NCBI GenBank assembly: GCA_029259915.1
Contig: JAJDED010000036.1
Span: 7,866-39,865, forward strand
Length of the DNA stretch: 32,000 nucleotides
From: Planctomycetota bacterium
GTDB lineage: Bacteria > Planctomycetota > Planctomycetia > Pirellulales > Lacipirellulaceae
Direction of reading: 5' to 3'
The first letter of the stretch is position 1, and each line of letters begins with the position of its first letter. The notes beneath the pieces were generated by a model. The model ran no database searches. It saw only the letters and a list, made by a program, of their open reading frames with translations, and was not told the DNA's origin. The position numbers and the translations under genes were made by a program. Below are positions 1 to 8,355 of this stretch, piece by piece.

Positions 1-836
1 GGGCTGTCGATTTGCAGCTTGAACATTTGTTGCCTTTGAAGCCGGATCAAAGAATACAAGCGGCATTGAATTATGCGATCAAGTTGGGTGATGACGATGT
101 GGAACAATGCCGGCGCATAGGTGAGCATGGTTTACAAATTATTCAGGAGATTGAAAAAAACAAAAACAAGCTTGAGCCCATGCTTGAGCCCATTAATATT
201 ATGACGCATTGCAATGCCGGATGGTTGGCTTGCTTGGATTGGGGAACGGCGACTTCTCCGATGTACCATGCACATGAATCAGGTTTGAATATTCATGTAT
301 GGGTAAGCGAAACGCGTCCGCGTAATCAAGGAGCCTCTTTAACGGCATGGGAACTGTCTGAAGCCAAAGTCCCCCATACGGTGGTGCCCGACAATGCTTG
401 CGGCCATTTAATGCAGAAAGGTTTGGTGGATCTGGTGATTGTCGGATCTGACAGATCCACTGCTTCAGGAGATGTCTGCAACAAAATAGGCACCTACCTT
501 AAGGCTTTGGCGGCGAAGGCCAATAATATTCCTTTTTATGCAGCACTGCCTTCGTCCACCATTGATTGGACGATGGACGATGGCTTAAAGGAAATCCCGA
601 TTGAACAGCGCGATGCCAAAGAAGTCACGCATATCCAAGGCTTAGTTGGAAGTGAATTAAAAGAAGTTCAATTAACCCCCAAAGCTTCTCCCGTAAAGAA
701 TTTTGGCTTTGATGTGACACCGCGTGACTTGGTCACAGGAATTATTACTGAGCGCGGTGTCTGCCAAGCATCGCGTGAGGGCCTTGCCGCACTTTTTCCA
801 GAAGATGCAATAGAGGAAGAAACCCTCCATGAATGA
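1..836 (+). CDS. mtnA: S-methyl-5-thioribose-1-phosphate isomerase (MtnA / eIF-2B-like family), 5'-truncated by the window edge
   Basis: The frame is open back to nt 3, so the gene starts left of the window. Family motifs are present: MTHCNAGWLA (catalytic Cys region), VGSDRSTASGDVCNKIGTY, and IPFYAALPSSTID. Stop TGA at 834-836. The local G+C is much lower than in the rest of the window. Confidence 0.85.
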   Translation, partial: AVDLQLEHLLPLKPDQRIQAALNYAIKLGDDDVEQCRRIGEHGLQIIQEIEKNKNKLEPMLEPINIMTHCNAGWLACLDWGTATSPMYHAHESGLNIHVWVSETRPRNQGASLTAWELSEAKVPHTVVPDNACGHLMQKGLVDLVIVGSDRSTASGDVCNKIGTYLKALAAKANNIPFYAALPSSTIDWTMDDGLKEIPIEQRDAKEVTHIQGLVGSELKEVQLTPKASPVKNFGFDVTPRDLVTGIITERGVCQASREGLAALFPEDAIEEETLHE

Positions 837-1416
837 AGGTGTCATTAAATTCGATTGCCAATGGCAACCGTCCGACCCTCCGGACGAAACGTATGTCCAA
901 GTACTTAATTCTGTAAGGACAGAATTACATGACCTGGGTTTTGTCGGTGTGGATTCTGACGGCATCGGTTTTGGAAATTTAAGTCTAAAAACAAAGAATA
1001 AAAGCTTCGTAATCACAGGCACACAAACGGGAAAAGACAGAGTTCTAAAACCCGACCAAACCACAACCGTTACCGGTTACAGCATCCAAGAAAATCGCAT
1101 CACCTGCGAGGGGCCGATCAAAGCATCCTCCGAATCGTTGACCCACGCAGCGATTTATGAACTCAGCGATTCCGTTCAAGCAATTCTGCACGTGCATCAT
1201 GAAGCTTCTTGGAAGAAACTACTAAACCATATTCCCACAACAGAAAAACACATTCCCTACGGCACCCCAGAAATGGCACAAGCCGTTAAGCGCCTTTATA
1301 GGGAAGGTGCTTTAGCCCAAACAAACCTCTTAGCCATGTCCGGCCACCAAGACGGGCTGATCGCCTTTGGCCCCGATCTTCTCACCGCCAAAAACACGCT
1401 CCTTCGATATGTTTAA
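829..1416 (+). CDS. Class II aldolase/adducin-family protein, probable methylthioribulose-1-phosphate dehydratase (MtnB-like)
   Basis: Its ATG overlaps the mtnA stop (ATGAATGA, 8-nt overlap), which suggests translational coupling. Class II aldolase-like motifs: GFGNLSLK...FVITGTQTGK and the His cluster ILHVHHE. The functional call rests on pairing with mtnA. Confidence 0.7.
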   Translation: MNEGVIKFDCQWQPSDPPDETYVQVLNSVRTELHDLGFVGVDSDGIGFGNLSLKTKNKSFVITGTQTGKDRVLKPDQTTTVTGYSIQENRITCEGPIKASSESLTHAAIYELSDSVQAILHVHHEASWKKLLNHIPTTEKHIPYGTPEMAQAVKRLYREGALAQTNLLAMSGHQDGLIAFGPDLLTAKNTLLRYV

Positions 1417-1486
1417 GATGCGGCGAAAAAGGTATGCTTATCACGACTGACCTGCGTTAATTACTGTATTTACTGAATTCATTTCA

Positions 1487-2389
1487 ATGCACTACCACCA
1501 TCCGCTGCTAATCCTTTTAATTTGCCTTGTACTCGCATTTTTGTTTGCGATTTCGTGGGTTATCGTTATGACACTAACCTTGCCTTCCACTGATGGTGCG
1601 TTTGGCCAAGCTCCCTTCGAGGATCCTTTAGTATTTCCAATTATGTCGATCATTACATCGATTTCTACACTTGCAGTCTATCCGTTTACCTATTTATCAC
1701 TGCGCGATCGACGACTCTCAAAAACGCTTCTAATTTTAGTAGGAATAGTTCTTACTGAGATCGTTTTTATTACTCCATTTAACGCACTAGCCGGATTTCT
1801 TGGCTCGTTTGTAGCCTATGCTGTCGCACTCGTCGTTGCACGGCATATGTCGGCAGAAAACTGTGCGGAACCAATTCGATTTAGCCTACGTAGCCTCTTC
1901 ATTCTCTTTTCCTTCGTTGCGATTTTCATGACATTGTTCGTGTGGTATCAGCGAGCGCGAAGTTCTTATAGTCTCATAGATGCTGCAATTGACGGAGACT
2001 TGGCGACGGTCGAAAAATTACTTTCTAAAGGCGCAAACGTAAATGATCGTGATAGTTGGGGAGGGAGTGCACTTATGCACGCTTCATCTTGGGGCCACTT
2101 GGATATTGTGAAGAAATTGATCACAGCTGGAGCTGATATTGACGAACGCTCAAGCGAGAATACTACACCTCTAATGTGCGCCGCATCGTCTGGTCAATTT
2201 CCTGTCGTACAATACTTGGTGAAACAGGGATCTGATTTAGAGTTGGTTGACGTTGATGGGAAGTCAGCAGCTGACTTTGCGTCTGAGCAGGGTTACACGG
2301 TAATCGAAAACTACCTGAAGAAAGAGGAACGCGTAGTGTCAGAAAATCCATCCAACGACCGAGATAAGGGATTGGGAGTCTTTGATTGA
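1487..2389 (+). CDS. Membrane protein with C-terminal ankyrin repeats
   Basis: The N-terminal ~160 aa contain 4-5 hydrophobic helices. The C-terminus has three clear ANK repeats: GDLATVEKLLSKGANVNDRD, GGSALMHASSWGHLDIVKKLITAGADIDER, and NTTPLMCAASSGQFPVVQYLVKQGSDLE. G+C is low, ~38-45% in hand-counted lines. Confidence 0.8.
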   Translation: MHYHHPLLILLICLVLAFLFAISWVIVMTLTLPSTDGAFGQAPFEDPLVFPIMSIITSISTLAVYPFTYLSLRDRRLSKTLLILVGIVLTEIVFITPFNALAGFLGSFVAYAVALVVARHMSAENCAEPIRFSLRSLFILFSFVAIFMTLFVWYQRARSSYSLIDAAIDGDLATVEKLLSKGANVNDRDSWGGSALMHASSWGHLDIVKKLITAGADIDERSSENTTPLMCAASSGQFPVVQYLVKQGSDLELVDVDGKSAADFASEQGYTVIENYLKKEERVVSENPSNDRDKGLGVFD

Positions 2390-2449
2390 CCACTATCCCC
2401 TCGGACCAGAAAAGGGGTCGGGAGTCTTTGATTGACCACTATCCCCTCG
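2366..2449. repeat. Tandem direct duplication (period 46 bp, ~1.8 copies) spanning the ankyrin gene stop codon
   Basis: A perfect 30-mer, gggagtctttgattgaccactatcccctcg, occurs at 2374-2403 and 2420-2449. The match extends upstream with 2-3 mismatches (aagggatt vs aaggggtc). Copy 1 contains the last codons and the TGA of the ankyrin ORF. Confidence 0.9.
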
Positions 2450-2461
2450 CCTCTATTCTTT

Positions 2462-2509
2462 AACAGCGCCAACAGTTCCGGAGTGAACCCGCGCGTTCGT
2501 TGCCGATCA
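2462..2509 (-). pseudogene. 48-nt relic of a TrmH/SpoU-family methyltransferase gene (paralogous to 13303-13833)
   Basis: Nt 2462-2509 align with 13412-13460 at 43/49 columns, with one 1-nt gap. In the intact gene this region encodes IGNERTGLTPELLTLL. The flanks are unrelated and the gap breaks the frame. Confidence 0.55.
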
Positions 2510-2521
2510 TTCACACGCATT

Positions 2522-2549
2522 GCCGGAACCGCGCTCCGCTTGTTCCGGC
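2522..2549 (-). terminator. Possible terminator hairpin downstream of the CorC-family gene
   Basis: An 8-bp GC-rich stem (gccggaac / gttccggc) with a 12-nt loop lies 14 nt after the stop of the minus-strand gene. No U-tract follows, so the call is weak. Confidence 0.25.
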
Positions 2550-2562
2550 CTACGGACTTGCG

Positions 2563-3861
2563 CTAAGCGCTTTCGAGTTGGTTGCCGGTGATGCGTTCGA
2601 TGCGGACGCGATCGATGCGGCGTTCGGAGACTTCTAGCACGTGGATCCGCACGCTTTCTTGCCAGACGAGCGTTTCGCCGGGGAGCGGCACCCGGCCGAG
2701 TTCGGTGAAGACGAACCCTCCGATGGTGTCGAAATCGCCGTCGTCGGGCAACTCGAGATTCATTGCTTCGTTGATGTCGTCGACGTGTGTGCGGCCTAAT
2801 GCAAGACAAGTGTTTTCGTCGATCAACTCGATTTCCTCGACTTCTTCCTTATCGTATTCGTCGACAATCTCGCCGACGATTTCTTCCAGCACGTCTTCAA
2901 TCGTCACCAATCCCGACACGCCTCCATATTCGTCCAGGACGACGGCAATATGGGTGCGCATGTGCTGAAACATCTGTAGTAGATCGTTCACCGGCTTGGT
3001 CTCGGGGACGAATACCGGCTTGCGTAAAAGTTCGCGAATGGGCGTGCGCGAATCGGGATTGCCAGTCGCCAATTCGGGCAATAAATCTTTGGAATACAGC
3101 ACTCCTACGACGTCGTCGCGGTTCTTGTCGTAGACAGGAATGCGAGTATGCCCTGCCTGAATGGTGTCGTCCAGAATTTTCTCCCAGGGCATGTCGACCT
3201 GGAGCATGTGCATGTCGGTGCGGGGCGTCATAATTTCCGAGACGTCGGCATCGCCAAGCTCGATGACGCCTTCGATCATTTCGCGGGCTTCCTCTTCCAA
3301 GAGTCCCTCGCGGTGCCCCTCGGTGACGATGGTGCGGATTTCCTCTTCAATAGTATCTTCATCGGCCTGTTGCGGCGCGCGACCGGCAATTCGATGCAAT
3401 GCCGTGTCGACCAATTTCGCTCCCCACACCAAGGGGCTAGCGAACGTGGCGACGGCTTTCCACAACGGCCAACTGAAAAATAAAAACTCTTCTGAAAAAA
3501 CGCGCGCTGCCGACCAGGAGGTCCAAGTGGTCACTGTGACCAGCAGCAATCCCATCAAGACGGCGACCGCCAGAAGAGTCTGCCAGGAATCGGCAGCAGC
3601 AAGATTCCAACGCTCGCCCACCCACAGGGCTCCGGCAATCACAGCAATAGTGGAGGTCAGCAGCGCCAGGAATTCTACGCCGAGCGCAACCGATTCGTGC
3701 AATCGCAAGATTTGGCCAAAGCGTTCTGGCTTTCCCCGCCTTCGGCACATCTCTACCAAATCGTGCCTGGAAAAATTCTGGAGCGAGCGCACGCCGAAGT
3801 TGGCAAGCGCTGTGAACAACAGGCTGCCAAGCCAAATCCAGAAAAACTGGTTTTCGCTCAC
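2563..3861 (-). CDS. HlyC/CorC-family transporter (DUF21 membrane domain + CBS pair + CorC_HlyC C-terminal domain)
   Basis: N-terminal TM helices are followed by a CBS-pair region (VSEIMTPRTDM...IPVYDKNRDDVVGVLYSKDLL...VVLDEYGGVSGLVTIEDVLEEIVGEI) and a C-terminal transporter-associated domain. The GTG start overlaps the ybeY stop (GTGA). Confidence 0.9.
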   Translation of the reverse strand: MSENQFFWIWLGSLLFTALANFGVRSLQNFSRHDLVEMCRRRGKPERFGQILRLHESVALGVEFLALLTSTIAVIAGALWVGERWNLAAADSWQTLLAVAVLMGLLLVTVTTWTSWSAARVFSEEFLFFSWPLWKAVATFASPLVWGAKLVDTALHRIAGRAPQQADEDTIEEEIRTIVTEGHREGLLEEEAREMIEGVIELGDADVSEIMTPRTDMHMLQVDMPWEKILDDTIQAGHTRIPVYDKNRDDVVGVLYSKDLLPELATGNPDSRTPIRELLRKPVFVPETKPVNDLLQMFQHMRTHIAVVLDEYGGVSGLVTIEDVLEEIVGEIVDEYDKEEVEEIELIDENTCLALGRTHVDDINEAMNLELPDDGDFDTIGGFVFTELGRVPLPGETLVWQESVRIHVLEVSERRIDRVRIERITGNQLESA

Positions 3862-4517
3862 TGCGAGTTTTCCTCACCATCAGTTTGTTCTGGAATCTGC
3901 CATCGAGTATCTTGCGGGGAGAGCGCAACACCCAACTTTTCGAGAGCGGCGGCCTCCGCACGACGCATGATGGTTGTCTCTTGCGAGATTTTGTCGCTGT
4001 ATCCAACCAAGTGCAACGTGCCGTGAATGACGTACAACAATAATTCGTCACTGGCCGACCAGCCCGCATCGCGGGCGTTTTCCGAAGCGGTATCGGCGCT
4101 GACAATCAGCTCTCCGGTCAAGTGGGAGTTGGTCTCTTCCAACGTAAAGCTGAGTACGTCGGTGGGATAATCGTGCTCGAGATACCGGCGATTGAGTTCG
4201 TGGATCGTCGGATCATCGACTACTGCCAGGCTAACGGTTGCCGCCTTGAATTGCGAATCGGCCAAGACGTTCGCCACAGCGGCGCGTAACCGTGCTTCAT
4301 CCACCGTCAGAGTTGCCTGCTGGTTGGCAATCAAAATTTTGTGCGCAGGTTCTGCCGGGTCGGAATCTGTTTCCAATGACAACTCTTCGGTTGAAGACGC
4401 GGGGGGGGAGCTTTCGAGAGAAGTGCTTTCTTTCATCAGTTCACATAGGAGTGTGGGAGATCGTCTCTGACCCGGAGAGTCAAGCAGTTTCCTGACCAGG
4501 ATACTTGACACGTCCAT
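3858..4517 (-). CDS. ybeY: rRNA maturation endoribonuclease YbeY
   Basis: Motifs TDVLSFTLEE and HGTLHLVGYSD are present. The long N-terminal extension overlaps the upstream gene by 38 nt. An alternative ATG at 4436 (MKESTS...) is equally plausible. Confidence 0.85.
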   Translation of the reverse strand: MDVSSILVRKLLDSPGQRRSPTLLCELMKESTSLESSPPASSTEELSLETDSDPAEPAHKILIANQQATLTVDEARLRAAVANVLADSQFKAATVSLAVVDDPTIHELNRRYLEHDYPTDVLSFTLEETNSHLTGELIVSADTASENARDAGWSASDELLLYVIHGTLHLVGYSDKISQETTIMRRAEAAALEKLGVALSPQDTRWQIPEQTDGEENSQ

Positions 4518-6753
4518 GATACACGGCGGTGAGCGATTTTATCAAACTTTCGCCAACTTTTCGGACTTCTTCCAAAGTCAAACCACATTCGTCAAACTGT
4601 CCGTCTAGCAGGCGTTTCATGGAAAGTTGTTCCACGATGTTCTCGATCCGCGAAGGGGTTGGTTCCTTGAGGGCCCGGCTGGCGCTTTCGACGGCATCGG
4701 CCATCATCAGCACTCCCGCCTCTTTAGTTTGCGGTTTGGGTCCGGGATAGCGGAACGAACTTTCATCGACTTCACCACCTTCGGGGTCTTTGTCTTTTTG
4801 TTCGCTTGCCTGTCGGTAAAAATACTCGACCAGAGTTGTCCCATGATGTTGCTGAATGAAATCGATGATCGACTCGGGCAACTTATTCTGACGAGCAAGG
4901 TCTGCCCCATCTTTTACGTGCGCAATAATCACCAGTGTGCTCATCGCGGGAACGAGCGAATCGTGCCGATTGCCGCCTTGCCCTTGGTTTTCGACGAAGT
5001 AACCAGGTTTGAGCATCTTGCCAATGTCGTGAAAGTACGCTCCGACGCGGACCAGCAAGCCGCGCGCTCCGATCGACTCGGCTGCGGATTCTGCCAGTGA
5101 TGCGACGGTAATCGAATGGTTGTAGGTTCCCGGCGCTCGGCGAATCAATTCCTGCAAAAGCGGATGTGCGGGGTCGCCCAATTCGATGAGGCTCAAATCG
5201 GTTTGCACACCAAATACACGTTCCACAACCGGCAACAACACCGTCATCAACGACCCGGCAATGATCGACCACAGCGCGAGCGTGAAGCCGTTTTGTATCA
5301 AAAGCCCCCAGGGCTGCCCGTCGAGCGTACCCACGCCCAAGGTGGTGAACAGTGCCACGCCAGCGGCGACAAATCCAACCGAGAGCAGCTTGCCGCGAGT
5401 ACGCACTTGCTTGAGCATCAAGATGGTCCCGGCCACCGTGGCCATCAGGACCAGGCCTTGCGACATGTCGTGGCCGATAGCAACGACAATAATCAAAGAG
5501 ACACAAGCAGAAAGTAGTAGTGCCATTTCCTGCTGATAAGCAATCGACAAGGTCATCGCGAACAACAGGATTAAAATAATATCGGTGCCCCACAGATACT
5601 CGCTCACCGTTCGCGCTAGCACAACGGTGATCAGCACCAACGACAGCAGCGACATAAACTTCAGCAAATCCGCCAGAGCCATAGGCTCACGGGAATGGAT
5701 GTAAAACCCACACAAGATATAAAGTGCCACAAACATTCCCAAGACAGCCATCGTGCGACGCACGCGAGATCCGAGTTCTCGCTGGGACAGTTTCTGCTTG
5801 TGTTCCAGGTCCAACAGTTCTAGCGAGTCCAACTTGAGGGGGTGCCCTGCAGTCGCCAGCGTATCTACGCCTGCGAGAAATCGTTTGGTTTGGACGGGAA
5901 CGGCATCTGCTGCTTCGTTTTGCGCTTTTCGTGTGGCATCGGCATTGAGGATCAAAGTCGGTATCAGCCGAGGGTGAACCCAGGCGTAAACGCGCTGGGA
6001 AAGTTCGACAGACGTTAGCTTCTCGTTAAGCGATTGTTGCAAGCGCGCCGAGGCGTTTTTGATCAACACTTCCGCAACGCTGGTTTGCGCTTCGGCAGAA
6101 AACCCCTCGCCCTCGCGGCTTCGCACATAAATTTTCTCGAAGTTGACTTCTTTGTGTTCCTCGGGCAGTGTCTGCAAAAGCCCCCACTGCTCGTAAGGTG
6201 CCATCACCGCGGCCATCGCATCGCTAAAATCTTCCAGCGCATTCTCTTCGCTAAATGCATCGCGGAACCGTTGGAATTGCTCGCGGAGTTCCTCGGCGGT
6301 TGGGTCGGGAGTGCCGGGAGCCAGGTGGGGCTGAAAATCTTGCCAAACCTTCGCATCCACGTCTTCCCAGTTTTCGTTGGTCAGAAGCTTGCCAATCTCG
6401 CTGCGCAACTGCGCCCGCAGTTGTTCGAGCGGCGCTGGATCTTGGTCGTAGACCGCCAAAGCAAGACTCCGAGCTCTGCGGCGTGCTTCTCGAGTCGCTT
6501 CCGAGTCGGGCTGCTCGAAATCGACGCGAGCAATGATATCTCGCTGTGGAATTTCGCCCAAACGATGGTTGAAGGGCGGATCCCAACCATGCGTGAATGC
6601 CCACAAGAACAGTGCGACCAGGGTGCAGGACGCCACCCGTAGCAAAATGCTCCCACGTCGAATTTGTCCGACGAGCAAACCCCAAGCGCCCGGCGGCAAT
6701 TCGACCGTTGCCACGCGTTGCTGTCGAGTTCGTTTTTGGTTGCCGTTGGACAT
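4480..6753 (-). CDS. 7TM-receptor/HD-domain phosphohydrolase (YqfF/PgpH family)
   Basis: The layout is an extracellular N-terminal domain, ~7 TM helices (residues ~340-520), then an HD domain (HSITVASLAE..., YFHDIGKMLKP, IQQHHGT). It sits in the canonical position between phoH and ybeY. Confidence 0.85.
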   Translation of the reverse strand: MSNGNQKRTRQQRVATVELPPGAWGLLVGQIRRGSILLRVASCTLVALFLWAFTHGWDPPFNHRLGEIPQRDIIARVDFEQPDSEATREARRRARSLALAVYDQDPAPLEQLRAQLRSEIGKLLTNENWEDVDAKVWQDFQPHLAPGTPDPTAEELREQFQRFRDAFSEENALEDFSDAMAAVMAPYEQWGLLQTLPEEHKEVNFEKIYVRSREGEGFSAEAQTSVAEVLIKNASARLQQSLNEKLTSVELSQRVYAWVHPRLIPTLILNADATRKAQNEAADAVPVQTKRFLAGVDTLATAGHPLKLDSLELLDLEHKQKLSQRELGSRVRRTMAVLGMFVALYILCGFYIHSREPMALADLLKFMSLLSLVLITVVLARTVSEYLWGTDIILILLFAMTLSIAYQQEMALLLSACVSLIIVVAIGHDMSQGLVLMATVAGTILMLKQVRTRGKLLSVGFVAAGVALFTTLGVGTLDGQPWGLLIQNGFTLALWSIIAGSLMTVLLPVVERVFGVQTDLSLIELGDPAHPLLQELIRRAPGTYNHSITVASLAESAAESIGARGLLVRVGAYFHDIGKMLKPGYFVENQGQGGNRHDSLVPAMSTLVIIAHVKDGADLARQNKLPESIIDFIQQHHGTTLVEYFYRQASEQKDKDPEGGEVDESSFRYPGPKPQTKEAGVLMMADAVESASRALKEPTPSRIENIVEQLSMKRLLDGQFDECGLTLEEVRKVGESLIKSLTAVYHGRVKYPGQETA

Positions 6754-6983
6754 TTTGAAACAGTTGGCTCAGTTTAAGTTTTACACTTTTATTTGCCCGC
6801 GAATCATGCGAATGACCGCAAATAGCAAACTAATTACAAGCATTTCCTTCTTTGAGATATCTTCGACTATCGGCGATGATGCAGCATTCCAAGCAATCGT
6901 CGCTCACTTGTCTCATTCGCGAATAATCGCGCTATTCGCGGGCAACAAAAATTCAAAACTCAAATACAGTAATCTCAAACAAT

Positions 6984-7928
6984 TCAGCGTTTTTTCTTCG
7001 AGCCTTCGTCGTAGGCGCGGACGATTTCCTGGACTAACCGATGGCGAACAATATCGGCACCGGTGAGTTTCACCAAGGCATATCCCTCGATTTTTTGGAG
7101 GCGTGATATCGCGTCGATCAAACCACTCTTTGTGTGCGGTGGCAGATCGATCTGCGAGGTATCGCCCGACACCACGACTTGCGAACCTTCGCCCATCCGC
7201 GTGAGAAACATTTTCATCTGCGAAACGGTTGTGTTTTGTGCTTCGTCCAAAATGATGAAGGCCTGATTGAGCGTCCTGCCTCGCATGTAAGCCAAGGGCA
7301 CGACTTCGATGACATCTTCGTCCATGTAGCGCTGCACTTTTTCGTAATCCATCATTTCACGCAACGCATCCAGCAGCGGGCGCAGGTAGGGGTTGATTTT
7401 CGCCTGCAAATCGCCTGGCAAGTATCCCAGGCTTTCGCCGGCTTCTACCGCGGGGCGCACTAATACTATTTTGCGAATCTTTTGAGCCATTAACGCTTCG
7501 ACTGCAGTGGCCACCGCTAAATAAGTTTTACCGGTTCCTGCCGGGCCCGTACAAAACACGAGCGAATGGTTGCGAATCGCTTCCACGTATTCGGCTTGCC
7601 CCTTTGTTCGAGGATGAATCGATCGACCATCGCGAACCCCGATCGGAGCGGTCTGCGGAGACTCTTCGCCGCTGGTGACCCGTTGGATGATTTGAGAGAC
7701 CTGAGTGGAATCGAGCGGGCCGTTGCGACCAATGTGCGAACGCAGCTCTTCGAGGACGGCGGTTGCCTGGATGACGGCATCTTCCTCGCCCTGAACGAGT
7801 ACTTTGCCATCGCGCGTAGAGATCTTCGCGGGAATCGACTCGCGAATCTGCTTGAGATGCTGGTCCTTGGTGCCAAGCAGCAGTACAAGGTTTTCGGCGT
7901 CACCTACCGAGACAGTTGATTCTATCAT
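6984..7928 (-). CDS. phoH: PhoH-family ATPase
   Basis: Walker A GPAGTGKTYLAVA, FIILDEAQN and GDTSQIDLP are present. The ORF track starts at TTG 7934, but the ATG at 7928 (MIESTV...) is more likely. Confidence 0.9.
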   Translation of the reverse strand: MIESTVSVGDAENLVLLLGTKDQHLKQIRESIPAKISTRDGKVLVQGEEDAVIQATAVLEELRSHIGRNGPLDSTQVSQIIQRVTSGEESPQTAPIGVRDGRSIHPRTKGQAEYVEAIRNHSLVFCTGPAGTGKTYLAVATAVEALMAQKIRKIVLVRPAVEAGESLGYLPGDLQAKINPYLRPLLDALREMMDYEKVQRYMDEDVIEVVPLAYMRGRTLNQAFIILDEAQNTTVSQMKMFLTRMGEGSQVVVSGDTSQIDLPPHTKSGLIDAISRLQKIEGYALVKLTGADIVRHRLVQEIVRAYDEGSKKKR

Positions 7929-8230
7929 GCACAATTACGACCGCACTCTGGCTGCCGCGATAAACTTTGCCACACGTGTTTGGCCAACTCCGAGGAATTC
8001 TCACACAGACGTGTGAACTCCGATTGACGATTATCTTGGTGGCTTGAAAAACAGATGATTCTTCCAACTATACCTAATCGTACCCATACGAAACTAGCCA
8101 CGGCACGTCTATTCACCCTAAATGGCTGCCAACACACGGTTTGTAGGGGTATTGCCGGTCGTTTGGCAACAAGACACTCGGGGAAATTGTGGCCATGTGG
8201 GGTTTTTGTGTCACCCAACGGGAGAAAGGC

Positions 8231-8327
8231 TGAAAGCTAAGAGCAGAATGCGGAGAGCTAAGAGCCAGAGGGGATGACGCATTATCCTCGTCTTCTGGCT
8301 CTCAGCCCTTAGCTCTCTGCCCTTAAT
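8231..8327. repeat. Low-complexity imperfect hairpin (purine-rich arm / pyrimidine-rich arm), member (a) of a hairpin family
   Basis: The left arm is built of agctaagagc-type units (gaaagctaagagcagaatgcggagagctaagagccagagg). The right arm is cttctggctctcagcccttagctctctgccctta. It lies immediately 3' of cdsA (minus strand). Confidence 0.7.
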
Positions 8328-8355
8328 TCACACTAGATTCGTTCCAGGAGTTCCC

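Noticed and set aside
2507-3970. Long alternative-frame and antisense ORFs over the corC-family gene (2507-2809 -, 2582-2968 +, 2787-3233 +, 3161-3970 +, 3437-4105 -).
   Set aside because: They are shadow ORFs typical of high-GC coding DNA. Their translations are Arg/Ser/Pro-rich low-complexity with no motifs. The 2563-3861 frame carries clear DUF21/CBS/CorC motifs.
4883-6685. Antisense and alternative-frame ORFs within the 7TM-HD gene (e.g. 4883-5593 -, 6034-6642 +, 6251-6685 -).
   Set aside because: Same reasoning. Only the 4480-6753 frame gives a coherent TM plus HD-domain protein.
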